Positions 16,063 through 26,434 of a stretch of DNA of 64,000 nucleotides are shown one piece after another. This DNA is from Clostridia bacterium (GTDB lineage: Bacteria > Bacillota > Clostridia > UMGS1810): the NCBI GenBank assembly GCA_045644205.1, contig JAZRGM010000052.1:19859-83858 (forward strand), in the 5' to 3' direction. How positions within the stretch are numbered: position 1 is the stretch's first letter; the number at the start of each line of letters is the position of its first letter. The notes beneath the pieces are model-generated. The model had not been told where the DNA came from. It saw nothing but the letters and a program-made list of their open reading frames with translations, and did no database searches. The translations under genes and the position numbers were made by a program.

Positions 16063-18363
16063 ATGGCTAAGGTAAAAAACAATAACCCCAGAGTCCATGA
16101 AATATCAAAAGATATAAACATTTCAAGCAAGGATTTAATTGCCCTTCTTGAAAGCTATGGTGTAAGTGTTAAAAATCATATGACTGTTCTGGAAAACAGA
16201 GAGATAGACATTATCTTAACTACCTATCTCAATCAGTATGATAAAGGCGACACAATAGAAGAATACTATGCTTCTCTCCAGGCTCAGAAGAATGAGGAAG
16301 CAAAAAAAGAAGCTGCAAAATCAGGCAAGGAAGAAGCAGCACAGCCCCAGCCAATAGCTGTGGAAGAAGAAATAACTCAGGAAAGCCTTGAAATCAAAAC
16401 AGAGCCTCAGAGAACCGTTGTCGACACCCGTCAGAATAATGTTGACCTTGAAAAGCTCGACACCGAAAAAATTGAGCAGCTTGTTGATGTTGATAAGGTA
16501 GAGGGCAAATCTCAGAAAAAGCAGAAGATTAAAAAAGGCGGTCAGGCTAAAAAGCAGGAAAAAGAGATTGCCAATGTAAATAAAAAGAAAAAAAGCGAAG
16601 AAAAAGAAAAAGAAGTTAAAAATGTTCTCGTTCCCGATGAAATCTCCGTTGGCGAATTTGCCGAAAGACTTGAGCTTCCTGCAACAACAGTTGTTAAAAA
16701 GCTTTTTGAATTGGGAATTATGGCTGCAGTAAGCCAGAATATAGATTTCGACACAGCAGCCCTTATTGGTGAGGATTTAGGCTATACAGTTGAAAAAGAA
16801 ATCATCATAACCGATGAAGACCGTCTTTTCAATGATGTTGAAGATAAAGAAGAAGACCTTCAGCCCCGTTCACCTGTTGTTGTTGTAATGGGCCATGTTG
16901 ACCACGGTAAAACCTCGCTTCTTGATGCTATAAGAAGCACAAATGTTATAGCAAAAGAAGCCGGCGGTATCACTCAGCACATAGGTGCCTACAGAGTCCG
17001 CATCGGTGACAAAAAGATTACCTTCCTCGACACTCCAGGTCACGAAGCCTTCACAGCAATGCGTATGAGAGGCGCTCAGGTAACTGATGTTGCAATTCTT
17101 GTTGTTGCAGCCGACGATGGTATCATGCCCCAGACAATTGAAGCTATAAACCATGCAAAAGCTGCCGGCGTAACAATCATCGTTGCCATAAATAAAATGG
17201 ATAAAGAAAGTGCCAACCCCGACAGAATCAAGCAGGAACTCACAGAATATGACCTTGTTCCCGAAGAATGGGGCGGAAGCACAATCTGTGTTCCTATTTC
17301 TGCAAAATTCAATCACAATATAGATGAGCTTTTGGAAATGGTAACCTTAGTTGCCGATATGAAAGAATTAAAAGCCAACCCCAACCGTCGTGCTAAAGGT
17401 ACAGTAATCGAAGCCCGTCTTGATAAAGGTAGAGGCCCGGTTGCCACAGTTTTAGTTCAGAATGGTACCTTAAAAGCAGGTGACATCATCGTTGCCGGCA
17501 CATCCGTAGGTAGAGTAAGAGCCATGGTAGACGACAGAGGCAACGCAGTTAAAAAAGCAGGCCCCTCTGTTCCTGTTGAAATCATAGGTCTTAGCGAAGT
17601 TCCCGATGGCGGCGACACCTTCTATGCTGTTGACGACGAAAGAAAAGCAAGAGCAGTTGTTGAAAAGAGAAAAGAAAAAATCAAGGAAGAAACCATCCAG
17701 TCAAGAACTGCAGTTTCTCTCGACGATTTATTCAGTCAGATTCAGCAGGGTGATGTTAAAGACTTAAATATCATCGTTAAAGCCGATGTTCAGGGCTCGG
17801 TTGAAGCTGTTAAGCAGTCACTTTCCAAGCTTTCAAATGACGAGGTAAGAGTAAATTGTATCCATGGCGGTGTTGGTGGTGTAACAGAATCCGATGTTAT
17901 GCTTGCTGCTGCATCAAATGCAATCATCGTTGGCTTTAATGTTCGTCCTGCAGGCGGAGCTATGGAATCTGCAAAGAGAAACGATGTAGATATTCGTCTC
18001 TATCGTGTAATCTATCATGCAATCGAAGAAATCGAAGCCGCTATGAAGGGTATGCTTGCGCCTAAGTTCAGAGAAAATCTTTTAGGTCATGCTGAGGTCA
18101 GAAGCGTATTTAAAGTATCAGGCGTTGGAGCAATTGCCGGCGGTTATGTTCTCGACGGTAAAATCTCCCGTAATTCTCAGGTTCGTGTTGTCCGCGACAG
18201 CATCATAATCCACGAAGGTGTGCTTTCAAGTCTGCGTCGTTTCAAAGACGATGTTAAGGAAGTTGCATCAGGCTATGAATGTGGTATCGGCGTTGAAAAC
18301 TATAACGACATAAAAGAAGGCGATGTAATCGAGTCCTTCATTATGGAAGAAGTAAAAGACTAA
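16063..18363 (+). CDS. infB: Translation initiation factor IF-2
   Basis: G domain motifs [24 protein letters not shown] and NKMD are present, with a Lys/Glu-rich N-terminal linker. I preferred ATG 16063 (AAGGTGAG RBS) over the tracked 16045. Confidence 0.95.
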   Translation: MAKVKNNNPRVHEISKDINISSKDLIALLESYGVSVKNHMTVLENREIDIILTTYLNQYDKGDTIEEYYASLQAQKNEEAKKEAAKSGKEEAAQPQPIAVEEEITQESLEIKTEPQRTVVDTRQNNVDLEKLDTEKIEQLVDVDKVEGKSQKKQKIKKGGQAKKQEKEIANVNKKKKSEEKEKEVKNVLVPDEISVGEFAERLELPATTVVKKLFELGIMAAVSQNIDFDTAALIGEDLGYTVEKEIIITDEDRLFNDVEDKEEDLQPRSPVVVVMGHVDHGKTSLLDAIRSTNVIAKEAGGITQHIGAYRVRIGDKKITFLDTPGHEAFTAMRMRGAQVTDVAILVVAADDGIMPQTIEAINHAKAAGVTIIVAINKMDKESANPDRIKQELTEYDLVPEEWGGSTICVPISAKFNHNIDELLEMVTLVADMKELKANPNRRAKGTVIEARLDKGRGPVATVLVQNGTLKAGDIIVAGTSVGRVRAMVDDRGNAVKKAGPSVPVEIIGLSEVPDGGDTFYAVDDERKARAVVEKRKEKIKEETIQSRTAVSLDDLFSQIQQGDVKDLNIIVKADVQGSVEAVKQSLSKLSNDEVRVNCIHGGVGGVTESDVMLAAASNAIIVGFNVRPAGGAMESAKRNDVDIRLYRVIYHAIEEIEAAMKGMLAPKFRENLLGHAEVRSVFKVSGVGAIAGGYVLDGKISRNSQVRVVRDSIIIHEGVLSSLRRFKDDVKEVASGYECGIGVENYNDIKEGDVIESFIMEEVKD

Positions 18364-18387
18364 TGTCACAAAGGCAAGGTGATAAAA

Positions 18388-18741
18388 GTGGCAAATAACA
18401 AAATGGAAAGAATAAAGGAAGACATCCGCAGAGAGCTTTCTGCAGTATTAAGAGATATAAAAGATCCCCGCCTTTCTCCAATGACAAGTGTTGTGGCAGT
18501 TGAGGTTACCAAAGACCTTAAATATGCCAAGGTGTATGTGAGCGTTATGGGTACAGAAGAAGAAAAATCCTCCTCCATGGAAGCTCTCAAAAATGCCACA
18601 GGCTTTATAAAAAGAGAAATCGGTCAGCGACTAAGCCTCAGAGGTGTTCCTCATCCGACCTTTGTTCTCGACCGTTCCATCGACTATGGTGCCCATATAA
18701 ACAGCATCATAGCGAAAATCAATAAGGGTGATGCAGAGTGA
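18388..18741 (+). CDS. rbfA: Ribosome-binding factor A
   Basis: RIKEDIRRELSAVLRDIKDPRLSPMTSVVAVEVTKDLKYAKVYVSV is RbfA-like. The start is ambiguous: GTG 18379, GTG 18388 or ATG 18403. Confidence 0.9.
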   Translation: MANNKMERIKEDIRRELSAVLRDIKDPRLSPMTSVVAVEVTKDLKYAKVYVSVMGTEEEKSSSMEALKNATGFIKREIGQRLSLRGVPHPTFVLDRSIDYGAHINSIIAKINKGDAE

Positions 18742-19688
18742 ATAGCTTAAAGGAAATTGCTGTCTATCTAAAACAAAACAATAATTATGCAATAATTGTT
18801 CATAAAAATCCCGATGGAGATTGCCTCGGATGTGCCGGGGCTCTTTGTCTTGCCCTTAGAAATATGGGTAAAAACGCCTCTGTTGTTCTTCCCAATCCTC
18901 ATAGCCCACGCCACGAATTTATGTGGGATAAAAATCTAGAGGAGGCACAGTTCACTTCGGAGTGTGCAATTTGTGTTGATGTGGCATCAATATCTCAGAT
19001 GGGCATAGCCTATGACGAGCATTTTAAAAAGCTTTCTGCATCTTGTTGCATCGATCACCATGGCACAAACGAAGGCTTTGCAGATATTAATTATATAGAT
19101 GCAAAAAGTGCGGCGTGCGGAGAGATTATCTATGAGCTTCTGCGTGAAATGGAAGCCGAGATAACTATCCCTATAGCTAAATTTCTCCTTGTTGCCATAG
19201 CTGATGACACAGGTAGCTTCCAATATTCCAACACAAGCTCTGCAACCCATATGATAGTTTCTGAATTATATAAAATAATTCCCGACCCTGAGCCAATTAT
19301 GCGTGCTCTTTATGGCACCCATACCAAACAGGAAATAGACACACTTAAAGAAATCGTTCCAAGCCTTGAATACCATATGGATGGCAAAGTGTGCTTTATG
19401 TTTGCCAATATTGAAAAAATAAAATCCATAGGTGCCGACCCATCCAATGTTGATGCATGGGTAGGTCTTCCCCGCTCAGTTAAGGGGGTTGAGGTGGCTG
19501 CAGTTTTTAAAATCCTGTCTGATAATGAGGTTAAAGTGAGCTTTCGTTCAAATGACTATGTGGATGTGTCAGACCTGGCTTCAAAATTTGGCGGTGGCGG
19601 TCATATGAGAGCCTCAGGTGCCACATTTTTTGAAAGCGCAGATTCAGCAAAGAAAAAGATTTTACAAGAATTAAAAAAGCTGGTGTAG
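18738..19688 (+). CDS. nrnA: DHH/DHHA1 phosphoesterase (NrnA-type oligoribonuclease/pAp phosphatase)
   Basis: NPDGDCLGCAGAL, CIDHHGTN and GGGGHMRASGA motifs are present. The start overlaps the rbfA stop (GTGA). Confidence 0.85.
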   Translation: MNSLKEIAVYLKQNNNYAIIVHKNPDGDCLGCAGALCLALRNMGKNASVVLPNPHSPRHEFMWDKNLEEAQFTSECAICVDVASISQMGIAYDEHFKKLSASCCIDHHGTNEGFADINYIDAKSAACGEIIYELLREMEAEITIPIAKFLLVAIADDTGSFQYSNTSSATHMIVSELYKIIPDPEPIMRALYGTHTKQEIDTLKEIVPSLEYHMDGKVCFMFANIEKIKSIGADPSNVDAWVGLPRSVKGVEVAAVFKILSDNEVKVSFRSNDYVDVSDLASKFGGGGHMRASGATFFESADSAKKKILQELKKLV

Positions 19689-19690
19689 TT

Positions 19691-20572
19691 TTGGATAATA
19701 TAAATGGAATAGTTATCGTAAATAAAGATAAAGGCTTCACCTCCCATGATGTGGTAAATGTTATAAGAAAAATATTCGGAACCCGCAAAGTGGGGCATAC
19801 AGGCACCCTCGACCCCGATGCAACAGGCGTTCTTCCCATCTGCATAGGCAAGGCGACTAAGATAGCCGATATGCTAACCTTTTCCGATAAATGCTATGTG
19901 GCAAAGGTAAAGCTCGGCATCACAACCGACACCCAGGATATTTCAGGTGAGGTTCTGGATAGGGCTGAAGTAAATGTCACAGAGGCTCAGCTTTTGGAAG
20001 CTGTTAAAAACCACACAGGCGACATAGAGCAGATTCCGCCTATGTATTCAGCCATAAAAATAAACGGTCAGAAGCTTTGCGACCTGGCAAGAAAGGGAAT
20101 CGAGGTTGAAAGAAAACCAAGAAAAATAACTATCTATTCTGCCGAGGTTTCGGGCTTTGACGGTGAAGAATTTTCTCTTAGTGTCCATTGCTCAAAAGGC
20201 ACCTATATCCGCACCCTTTGCCATGATATAGGAAAGCAATTAGGATGCGGAGCTGTTATGTGTGAGCTTGAAAGAACAAAATCCTCTGTTTTTTCTCTTG
20301 ATAATTCCTATAGTCTTGATGACCTAAGGGAAATGGACGAAGAAAAGCTCCGAAGCGTTTTAATGCCTGTTGATTCGGTATTTTTAAATTATCCCGAAAT
20401 GTATATAGACGATAATATAAAAAAACGACTTTGCAACGGTGCCCTTTGCTATGTTAAAAATAATGAGGGTACATATCGTATCTACGATAAAGAAAAGAAC
20501 TTTCTCTGCCTTGCTCAGGTTAAAGAGCAGGATGGAAGAAACATTTTAAAATCTCTGAAAACATTTTATTAA
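19691..20572 (+). CDS. truB: tRNA pseudouridine(55) synthase TruB
   Basis: VNKDKGFTSHDVV and KVGHTGTLDPDATGVLPI (catalytic Asp) are present. It uses a TTG start. Confidence 0.95.
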   Translation: MDNINGIVIVNKDKGFTSHDVVNVIRKIFGTRKVGHTGTLDPDATGVLPICIGKATKIADMLTFSDKCYVAKVKLGITTDTQDISGEVLDRAEVNVTEAQLLEAVKNHTGDIEQIPPMYSAIKINGQKLCDLARKGIEVERKPRKITIYSAEVSGFDGEEFSLSVHCSKGTYIRTLCHDIGKQLGCGAVMCELERTKSSVFSLDNSYSLDDLREMDEEKLRSVLMPVDSVFLNYPEMYIDDNIKKRLCNGALCYVKNNEGTYRIYDKEKNFLCLAQVKEQDGRNILKSLKTFY

Positions 20573-20583
20573 AGGTGATAAAA

Positions 20584-21468
20584 ATGGCAAACAGTAAAAA
20601 AGCAGTAGTTGCCATAGGCAAATTTGACGGTGTTCATAAAGGTCATCAGGAGCTTCTTTCCAAAGCCGCTCAAATATCGAAAACAAGTGGTTTTGAATGT
20701 GTTGCACTTGTTATAAATTCTATGAGGGGACAGTATCTCACTGCAGATGATGAAAGAAATGAAATAATAAAATCATTTGGCATAGAGAAGCTGGAAATTC
20801 AGAATCTCACCCCTGATTTTATGAATATGTGTGCAGAAGAATTTGTCTGTGATTTCCTTATTAAAAAATTAAACTGTGCTCATGTTGTTGTAGGCTATAA
20901 TTTCCGCTTTGCAAAAGGCAGAACAGCAGATGCGTCTTTACTAGAGGAAATCTGTATGGAAAATAATATCGACTGCACCATAATCCCCGAGGTTAAATGC
21001 TCTGTCGGCTCAGATGAGGTAACAGCCAGCAGCTCCAATATCCGAGATTATTTATTTAATGGTGATGTAGACTTTGCATCGAAAATCCTCGGCAGACCAT
21101 TTTATCTTTCAGGCGAAGTTGTTCGGGGAAAGCAAATAGGCAGAACCATAAACGCCCCAACTGCAAATATAAATTGCAGATCAGTCCAGACCTTTCCCAA
21201 GCCTGGCGTTTATGCCACAAGGGTAAGATATGAAGATAAAACATACATTTCCGTAACCAATATAGGTGATAACCCCACCGTATCTTCCGATGGTCAGATT
21301 ACTATCGAAACTCATATAATAGATTTCGCGGAAGATATCTATGGAAAGTCAATAAAGATTGAATTTGTAAAAAGAATAAGAGACCAAATAAAGTTTAACA
21401 GCCTTGAAGAATTAAAGCAGCAGATTGAAAAAGATATAGAAGCATCAATTAAAATAAGTGTGCTTTGA
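20584..21468 (+). CDS. ribF: Bifunctional riboflavin kinase/FMN adenylyltransferase
   Basis: AIGKFDGVHKGHQ and GEVVRGKQIGRTINAPTANI are present. I preferred ATG 20584 (AAAGGTGA RBS) over the tracked GTG 20575. Confidence 0.95.
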   Translation: MANSKKAVVAIGKFDGVHKGHQELLSKAAQISKTSGFECVALVINSMRGQYLTADDERNEIIKSFGIEKLEIQNLTPDFMNMCAEEFVCDFLIKKLNCAHVVVGYNFRFAKGRTADASLLEEICMENNIDCTIIPEVKCSVGSDEVTASSSNIRDYLFNGDVDFASKILGRPFYLSGEVVRGKQIGRTINAPTANINCRSVQTFPKPGVYATRVRYEDKTYISVTNIGDNPTVSSDGQITIETHIIDFAEDIYGKSIKIEFVKRIRDQIKFNSLEELKQQIEKDIEASIKISVL

Positions 21469-21477
21469 AGAATTACA

Positions 21478-21506
21478 TTGACAATGTTTTTTAATTGTGC
21501 TATAAT
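21478..21506 (+). promoter_or_regulatory. Promoter of the thrS T-box leader
   Basis: TTGACA (21478-21483), a 17-nt spacer, then TGcTATAAT with the -10 hexamer at 21501-21506. Confidence 0.75.
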
Positions 21507-21512
21507 TCTATT

Positions 21513-21766
21513 TAATTTAAAAGCGATGACGGAGACAGTAGCTTTTTTAAGGCATCCCAGAGAGAGAAACATTTGCTGGAAGTTTCTTATGCTAAGATTT
21601 AGTGAACACCACTCCCGAGCTGCAGTGTCGAAATAACAGTAGGCTCTTGCCGTAGCTCCTGCGTAAAAGGATAGGGTAGCCCCCAAAAGTTAAAAACCAA
21701 GGTGGAACCGTGCAATTTAAGCACCCTTGATAATGCGTTTTTGCGTGTTATAAGGGTGCTATTTTT
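21513..21766 (+). promoter_or_regulatory. T-box riboswitch leader, threonine specifier (ACC)
   Basis: Stem I elements are present (AGAGAGA box, distal UGCUGGAAG). The specifier region GUGAACACCACU has ACC at 21608-21610 followed by A. The T-box sequence is AACCAAGGUGGAACCGUGC (21695-21713). The terminator AGCACCCUU...AAGGGUGCU is followed by AUUUUU (about 21719-21766). The downstream gene is thrS. Confidence 0.85.
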
Positions 21767-21959
21767 ACTGTATAGGAATTTGCGTTCCTATACAGTAAAA
21801 AAATTGATTATATTGCCGTGCAAAATTTTTTGAAAAGCTTTGCTTTTCAAAAATGCACATGGCTTAAGAAAAGCGATATTGCTTCGCACTTCCGCCGCAG
21901 GCGGTGCGGCGAAGCCGCTTTTCTTGTGTAATCGTAGGGGACGGCGTCCTCGACGTCCC
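21767..21959. repeat. Array of four strong hairpins, partly GC-rich (REP/MITE-like insert), between the T-box terminator and thrS
   Basis: The hairpins are at 21767-21796 (11-bp stem), 21815-21863 (long imperfect stem), 21866-21925 (nested: AAGAAAAGCG/CGCTTTTCTT outside GCTTCGC/GCGAAGC outside CCGCC/GGCGG) and 21934-21959 (GTAGGGGAC-N12-GTCCC). Confidence 0.6.
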
Positions 21960-22010
21960 GAATTATATCAATAATATTTATTTAAGATAAAACTGAAAGG
22001 AAGTTATATT

Positions 22011-23807
22011 ATGAAAGTTATCTATGCTAATGGCACAGTTGGCGAATGTAGCCCCGAAGAAGAGCTTCACATTATCCGCCATAGTGCTGCCCACATTATG
22101 GCTCAGGCAATAAAACGCCTTTATCCTGATGCAAAATTTGCCTATGGCCCCGCAAATGAAAAAGGCTTCTATTATGATGTTGATTTGGGAGATGTTAAGC
22201 TCTCCGATGAAGATTTAGAAAAAATCGAAGCCGAAATGAAGAAAATTGTTAAAGAAAATCTTCCCATAAAACCCTCAATTCTTCCAAGAGAAGAAGCTAT
22301 AAAATTTATGGAAGAAAGAGGTGAATGTTATAAGGTTGAGCATATTGCCGACCTTGCCGACGATGCTCCCATAAGCTTCTTCACCCAGGGCGACTATGTT
22401 GATATGTGTACAGGACCGCACCTTTGCTACACAAAGGCATTAAAAGCCTTCAAAATTTTAAGTCAGTCAGGTGCATATTGGAAAAATAATAAAGACAATA
22501 CCATGCTCACCCGTATTAATGGCACAGCCTTTGCAACTAAGGAAGAATTAGAAGCTCACCTTGTTGCCTTAGAGGAAGCCAAAAAAAGAGACCATAATAA
22601 AATCGGAAGAGAGCTTGAATATTTCACAACCGTAGATGAAATCGGTCAGGGACTTCCAATCCTTCTTCCAAAGGGTTCAAGAGTTATTCAGCTTCTGCAG
22701 AGATGGGTTGAAGATGTTGAGCAGAAAAATGGCTATCTTCTAACCAAAACCCCCTTGATGGCAAAAAGAGATTTATATAGAATTTCAGGTCATTGGGATC
22801 ATTACCTCGACGGTATGTTTATCTTAGGCGACCCAATGGATGAAGAAAAAGAATGTCTTGCCCTTCGTCCAATGACCTGCCCCTTCCAGTATCAGGTGTG
22901 TTTAAATAAAGGAAGAAGCTACCGCGCCCTTCCAATGCGTCTTGGCGAAACCTCAACCCTTTTCAGAAATGAAGACTCCGGCGAAATGCACGGTCTTATA
23001 AGAGTTCGTCAGTTCACCATTTCCGAAGGCCATCTTGTTCTTCGTCCCGACCAATTGGAGAAAGAATTTGAAGGCTGCCTCAATCTTTGTAAATATTTCC
23101 TCGGCACAGTAGGTCTTCTTGATAACTGTACCTTCCGTTTCTCTCAGTGGGATCCCAACAATAGCAAAAAATATGAAGGTACACCTGAGCAGTGGAATGA
23201 AGCTCAGGCAACAATGGAAAAAATCCTTAAAAATCTTGATGTTGAATATGAAATCGGCATCGACGAAGCCGCATTCTATGGTCCTAAGCTTGACATTCAG
23301 TATAGAAATGTTTATGGTAAGGAAGACACAATCGTTACAATCCAGATAGATATGCTTCTTGCTGAAAAATTCGGTATGTACTATACCGATGCCGACGGTC
23401 AGAAAAAGCTTCCCTATATCATCCACAGAACAAGCCTTGGATGCTACGAAAGAACTTTGGCATATCTTCTTGAAACCTATGCAGGCGCTCTTCCTGCATG
23501 GCTCTCACCTGAGCAGGTAAGAATCCTTACCATCACCGACAGAGCTATCGACAAAGCAAACGAAGTATATGAAAAATTAACAGCCGATGGCTATAGAGTA
23601 AGCATTGATGATAGTGCCAACACTCTGAAATACAAGGTTAGAAATGCTCAGCTTGAAAAAATCCCCTATATGATTATCATAGGTGATAAGGATATCGAAA
23701 ATAATACCATCTCTGTTCGCTGCAGAGGCGGAGAAGATATTGGCACAACCACCTTTGAAAACTTTGCCGAAATCCTCAAAGATGTTGTTGATAATAAGAA
23801 AAAATAG
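22011..23807 (+). CDS. thrS: Threonine--tRNA ligase, short N-terminus
   Basis: RHSAAHIMAQA (editing domain), GHWDHY, LRPMTCP and FRNEDSGEMHGLIRVRQFT (class II core) are present, plus a C-terminal anticodon-binding domain. The gene is preceded by a Thr T-box. Confidence 0.95.
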   Translation: MKVIYANGTVGECSPEEELHIIRHSAAHIMAQAIKRLYPDAKFAYGPANEKGFYYDVDLGDVKLSDEDLEKIEAEMKKIVKENLPIKPSILPREEAIKFMEERGECYKVEHIADLADDAPISFFTQGDYVDMCTGPHLCYTKALKAFKILSQSGAYWKNNKDNTMLTRINGTAFATKEELEAHLVALEEAKKRDHNKIGRELEYFTTVDEIGQGLPILLPKGSRVIQLLQRWVEDVEQKNGYLLTKTPLMAKRDLYRISGHWDHYLDGMFILGDPMDEEKECLALRPMTCPFQYQVCLNKGRSYRALPMRLGETSTLFRNEDSGEMHGLIRVRQFTISEGHLVLRPDQLEKEFEGCLNLCKYFLGTVGLLDNCTFRFSQWDPNNSKKYEGTPEQWNEAQATMEKILKNLDVEYEIGIDEAAFYGPKLDIQYRNVYGKEDTIVTIQIDMLLAEKFGMYYTDADGQKKLPYIIHRTSLGCYERTLAYLLETYAGALPAWLSPEQVRILTITDRAIDKANEVYEKLTADGYRVSIDDSANTLKYKVRNAQLEKIPYMIIIGDKDIENNTISVRCRGGEDIGTTTFENFAEILKDVVDNKKK

Positions 23808-23844
23808 CAAAAAAATAACAAATAAGTTTTGTAATGTATGAAAA

Positions 23845-23888
23845 ACTGCACTATCAGGTCAGATTCCTTGATAGTGCAGTTTTATTTT
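23845..23888 (+). terminator. Intrinsic terminator of thrS
   Basis: ACTGCACTATCAGG...CCTTGATAGTGCAGT stem followed by TTTATTTT. Confidence 0.8.
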
Positions 23889-23999
23889 GGATTTTAATGT
23901 CCATATTTGAAAGATTTTTGTCTGTAAATAATCTTTTAAGGACTTTGTACGTAATGTATAATGATATAAAGGTATGCATTACAAAGGAGAATTGATTCA

Positions 24000-26372
24000 A
24001 TGAATTTCATATCTTTTAAAAATGATAATAACCTTACATATTCCTACCACCAACGTGGTCTGGAAACTCCATATTTCCCTGACCTTGAAGGAGAAAAAGA
24101 AAAGCTTTTGTTATATAACAGTTCAAACGGAAAGCTTTTTAAAGGTGAGCATGTAGCCTGGAAGGGCGAAGTTCTTCTTAATATGGCTGTGGATATTTGT
24201 GTATCATTTGGAAGTGAAATTTTTGTTGATACAATATATATAAATCAGATAGAGGATTCGGCATTTTCTCTGGCAGAGGTTTTTGATAAAACCAGTGACG
24301 AGGTTAGAAAAATCGGCGAATTTAAATATTCCGATAATGTACAAAGTTTTTTAATTCCTATTGGTGTGAAATCCTCATCGCTTATTATAAGGATTAATGG
24401 CTCATACAGGAATTTTGGGATAAAAAGCCTTGATATAACAGGCGTGTCCGATATAGATGATGCAATATATCCAATCCCTGCCAAATGTGACTTTAGTGAT
24501 GGAAGTTTTAGTTTAAATAATGCTAAAATCCGTTTTGACACAGAAGAAGCAAAGTATGGTGCAGAATATTTTTCTTTGATATTAAAAGAAAAACAAAATG
24601 TAGATATCAGTTTTTCTCAAAAAGAGGGTAAAATTACATTTGTCAAAACTTCCGCCTTTAATGATGGCTTTGAAATAAACATAACAGAAGATGAATGTAT
24701 AGTCATATCAGGAACAAAGCTTGGTTTTTTGTATGCTTCAGATGTTCTGTTAAAGCTTTCTGATGGGAAAGCCTTTAAATGTGTTCACATCGAAGATAAA
24801 CCGTTTATGGATTTCAGGGGCGTTCATCTTGCACTTCCCGAAAGAAAAAACATTTCATTTTTTAAAAAATTAATTAAAGAACTGATTATTCCTATGCGTT
24901 ATAATGCGGTTTTTCTTCAGTTTTCAGGTGCAATGCAGTACGAGTGTTTTCCCGAAATTTCAAAAAACTGGGAAAAATCATGTCAGGAATATGAAAAAGG
25001 TAACATATTAAGACCTGCCCACTACGAGTTTGTAGGTCATGATTCTCTTACAAAAGATGAAGTCAGGGATTTATGTAATTATATAAAAGCTTTTGGACTT
25101 GAGCTTATTCCCGAAATTCAGTCATGGGGACACACTCAGTATATAACATCAGTCTTTCCTGAACTTAGCGAAGAAGAAAATACTGAAAATGTGGGTGATA
25201 TCTATAATGCAGATGCCCGCCTTAAAACAGGCTCTGCTCATTGTATGTGTCCTTCCCATAAAGATTATTATAATATAACATTTAAAATAATTAATGAAGT
25301 TCTTGAGGTGTCAAAGCCTCAGCACTATGTTCATATGGGCCACGATGAAATATATGATATCGGCATATGCAATAAATGCAAAGAAAAAGGTGCTGCCAGG
25401 CTCTATACCGAAGAGGTTACGGCTTTAAATAATTACATAAAGAAAAAAGGATATACTATGATGCTCTGGGCAGATATGCTGCAGGAAGAAAAGTTTAAAA
25501 CCCGCTTAGCCATAGATAAAGTGCCTGAAGATATTATATTTCTTGATTTTACATGGTATTTTCATCCTGAAAAAGATATCGAGGACAAGCTTATAAAACA
25601 TGGCTTTGATGTAGTGTTCGGTAATATGTATTCAAGCCATTTTCCACGCTGGGAAACCCGCTCACGAAAAAATAATATAATGGGTGCAGAGGTTTCAACC
25701 TGGGTATATTGCGACGAAAAGACCTTAAGCTATGAGGGGAAAATGTATGAGCTTATCTATTCAGCCAATATGCTTTGGAATAGCCAATATAATTCAAAGC
25801 TCCGTCTTAGCTATAGCGAAATCATAAAGCCGCTTATCTGGGAAATAAGAAAAAAATTAGGCAATATTTCCTATAATTCAAGCAGTAGTATTGATTTTAA
25901 AAAGACACTCTATGATGCAAATATAAATAAAAATTATGCTGAGTGTTCATTAAATAACGAAACCTTTGAAACAAATTTAAACTGCAATGCCAAATACATA
26001 AGTCTTTTGTGGGCAAGTGATAAAAATGCTCCCCGGGTTATGTGGGAAGAACCATTTTCAATGGGTGAGGTAATACTTGAACTGAGCGATGGTACTTTTG
26101 TAAAAGAAGACATAAGCTATGCTCTTAATATCTTCACATCACATTCACGCTATGGCACACCAATCCCAAGCTATCTTTTTAGGCATGAGGGCTATATAGG
26201 AACCTACTATACCAAACCTCATTGCTTAAAAACTAAAAATGGTGATGACTATACCTTGGATCAGCATTTTATAAAAATTCCTGAAGGGAAAAAAATAAAA
26301 AAAATAAAGCTTAATCATAAAAAGAATACCGACGCAAAGATAATGATATATGACATAAATTACCATGTGTAA
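24000..26372 (+). CDS. GH20-like glycoside hydrolase (beta-N-acetylhexosaminidase-like), no signal peptide
   Basis: A GH20b-like N-domain pattern (IYPIPAKCDFSDGSFSL ... GTKLGFLYASDVLLKLS ... IEDKPFMDFRGVHLAL) is followed by a TIM-barrel-like region with HMGHDEIYD (compare HxGGDE). It diverges from canonical GH20 at the N..H.H..D motif. Confidence 0.6.
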   Translation: MNFISFKNDNNLTYSYHQRGLETPYFPDLEGEKEKLLLYNSSNGKLFKGEHVAWKGEVLLNMAVDICVSFGSEIFVDTIYINQIEDSAFSLAEVFDKTSDEVRKIGEFKYSDNVQSFLIPIGVKSSSLIIRINGSYRNFGIKSLDITGVSDIDDAIYPIPAKCDFSDGSFSLNNAKIRFDTEEAKYGAEYFSLILKEKQNVDISFSQKEGKITFVKTSAFNDGFEINITEDECIVISGTKLGFLYASDVLLKLSDGKAFKCVHIEDKPFMDFRGVHLALPERKNISFFKKLIKELIIPMRYNAVFLQFSGAMQYECFPEISKNWEKSCQEYEKGNILRPAHYEFVGHDSLTKDEVRDLCNYIKAFGLELIPEIQSWGHTQYITSVFPELSEEENTENVGDIYNADARLKTGSAHCMCPSHKDYYNITFKIINEVLEVSKPQHYVHMGHDEIYDIGICNKCKEKGAARLYTEEVTALNNYIKKKGYTMMLWADMLQEEKFKTRLAIDKVPEDIIFLDFTWYFHPEKDIEDKLIKHGFDVVFGNMYSSHFPRWETRSRKNNIMGAEVSTWVYCDEKTLSYEGKMYELIYSANMLWNSQYNSKLRLSYSEIIKPLIWEIRKKLGNISYNSSSSIDFKKTLYDANINKNYAECSLNNETFETNLNCNAKYISLLWASDKNAPRVMWEEPFSMGEVILELSDGTFVKEDISYALNIFTSHSRYGTPIPSYLFRHEGYIGTYYTKPHCLKTKNGDDYTLDQHFIKIPEGKKIKKIKLNHKKNTDAKIMIYDINYHV

Positions 26373-26434
26373 AATAATTGCAAAGATATGTGGCTGATGT
26401 TATATTAAACTTATAATAGTTGCGAGGTGATTAT

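Noticed and set aside
16300-16640. Lys/Glu-rich, A-rich repetitive DNA that might be taken for a repeat element.
   Set aside because: It is the in-frame low-complexity linker of the IF-2 N-terminal region (..[41 protein letters not shown]..), a normal feature of infB.
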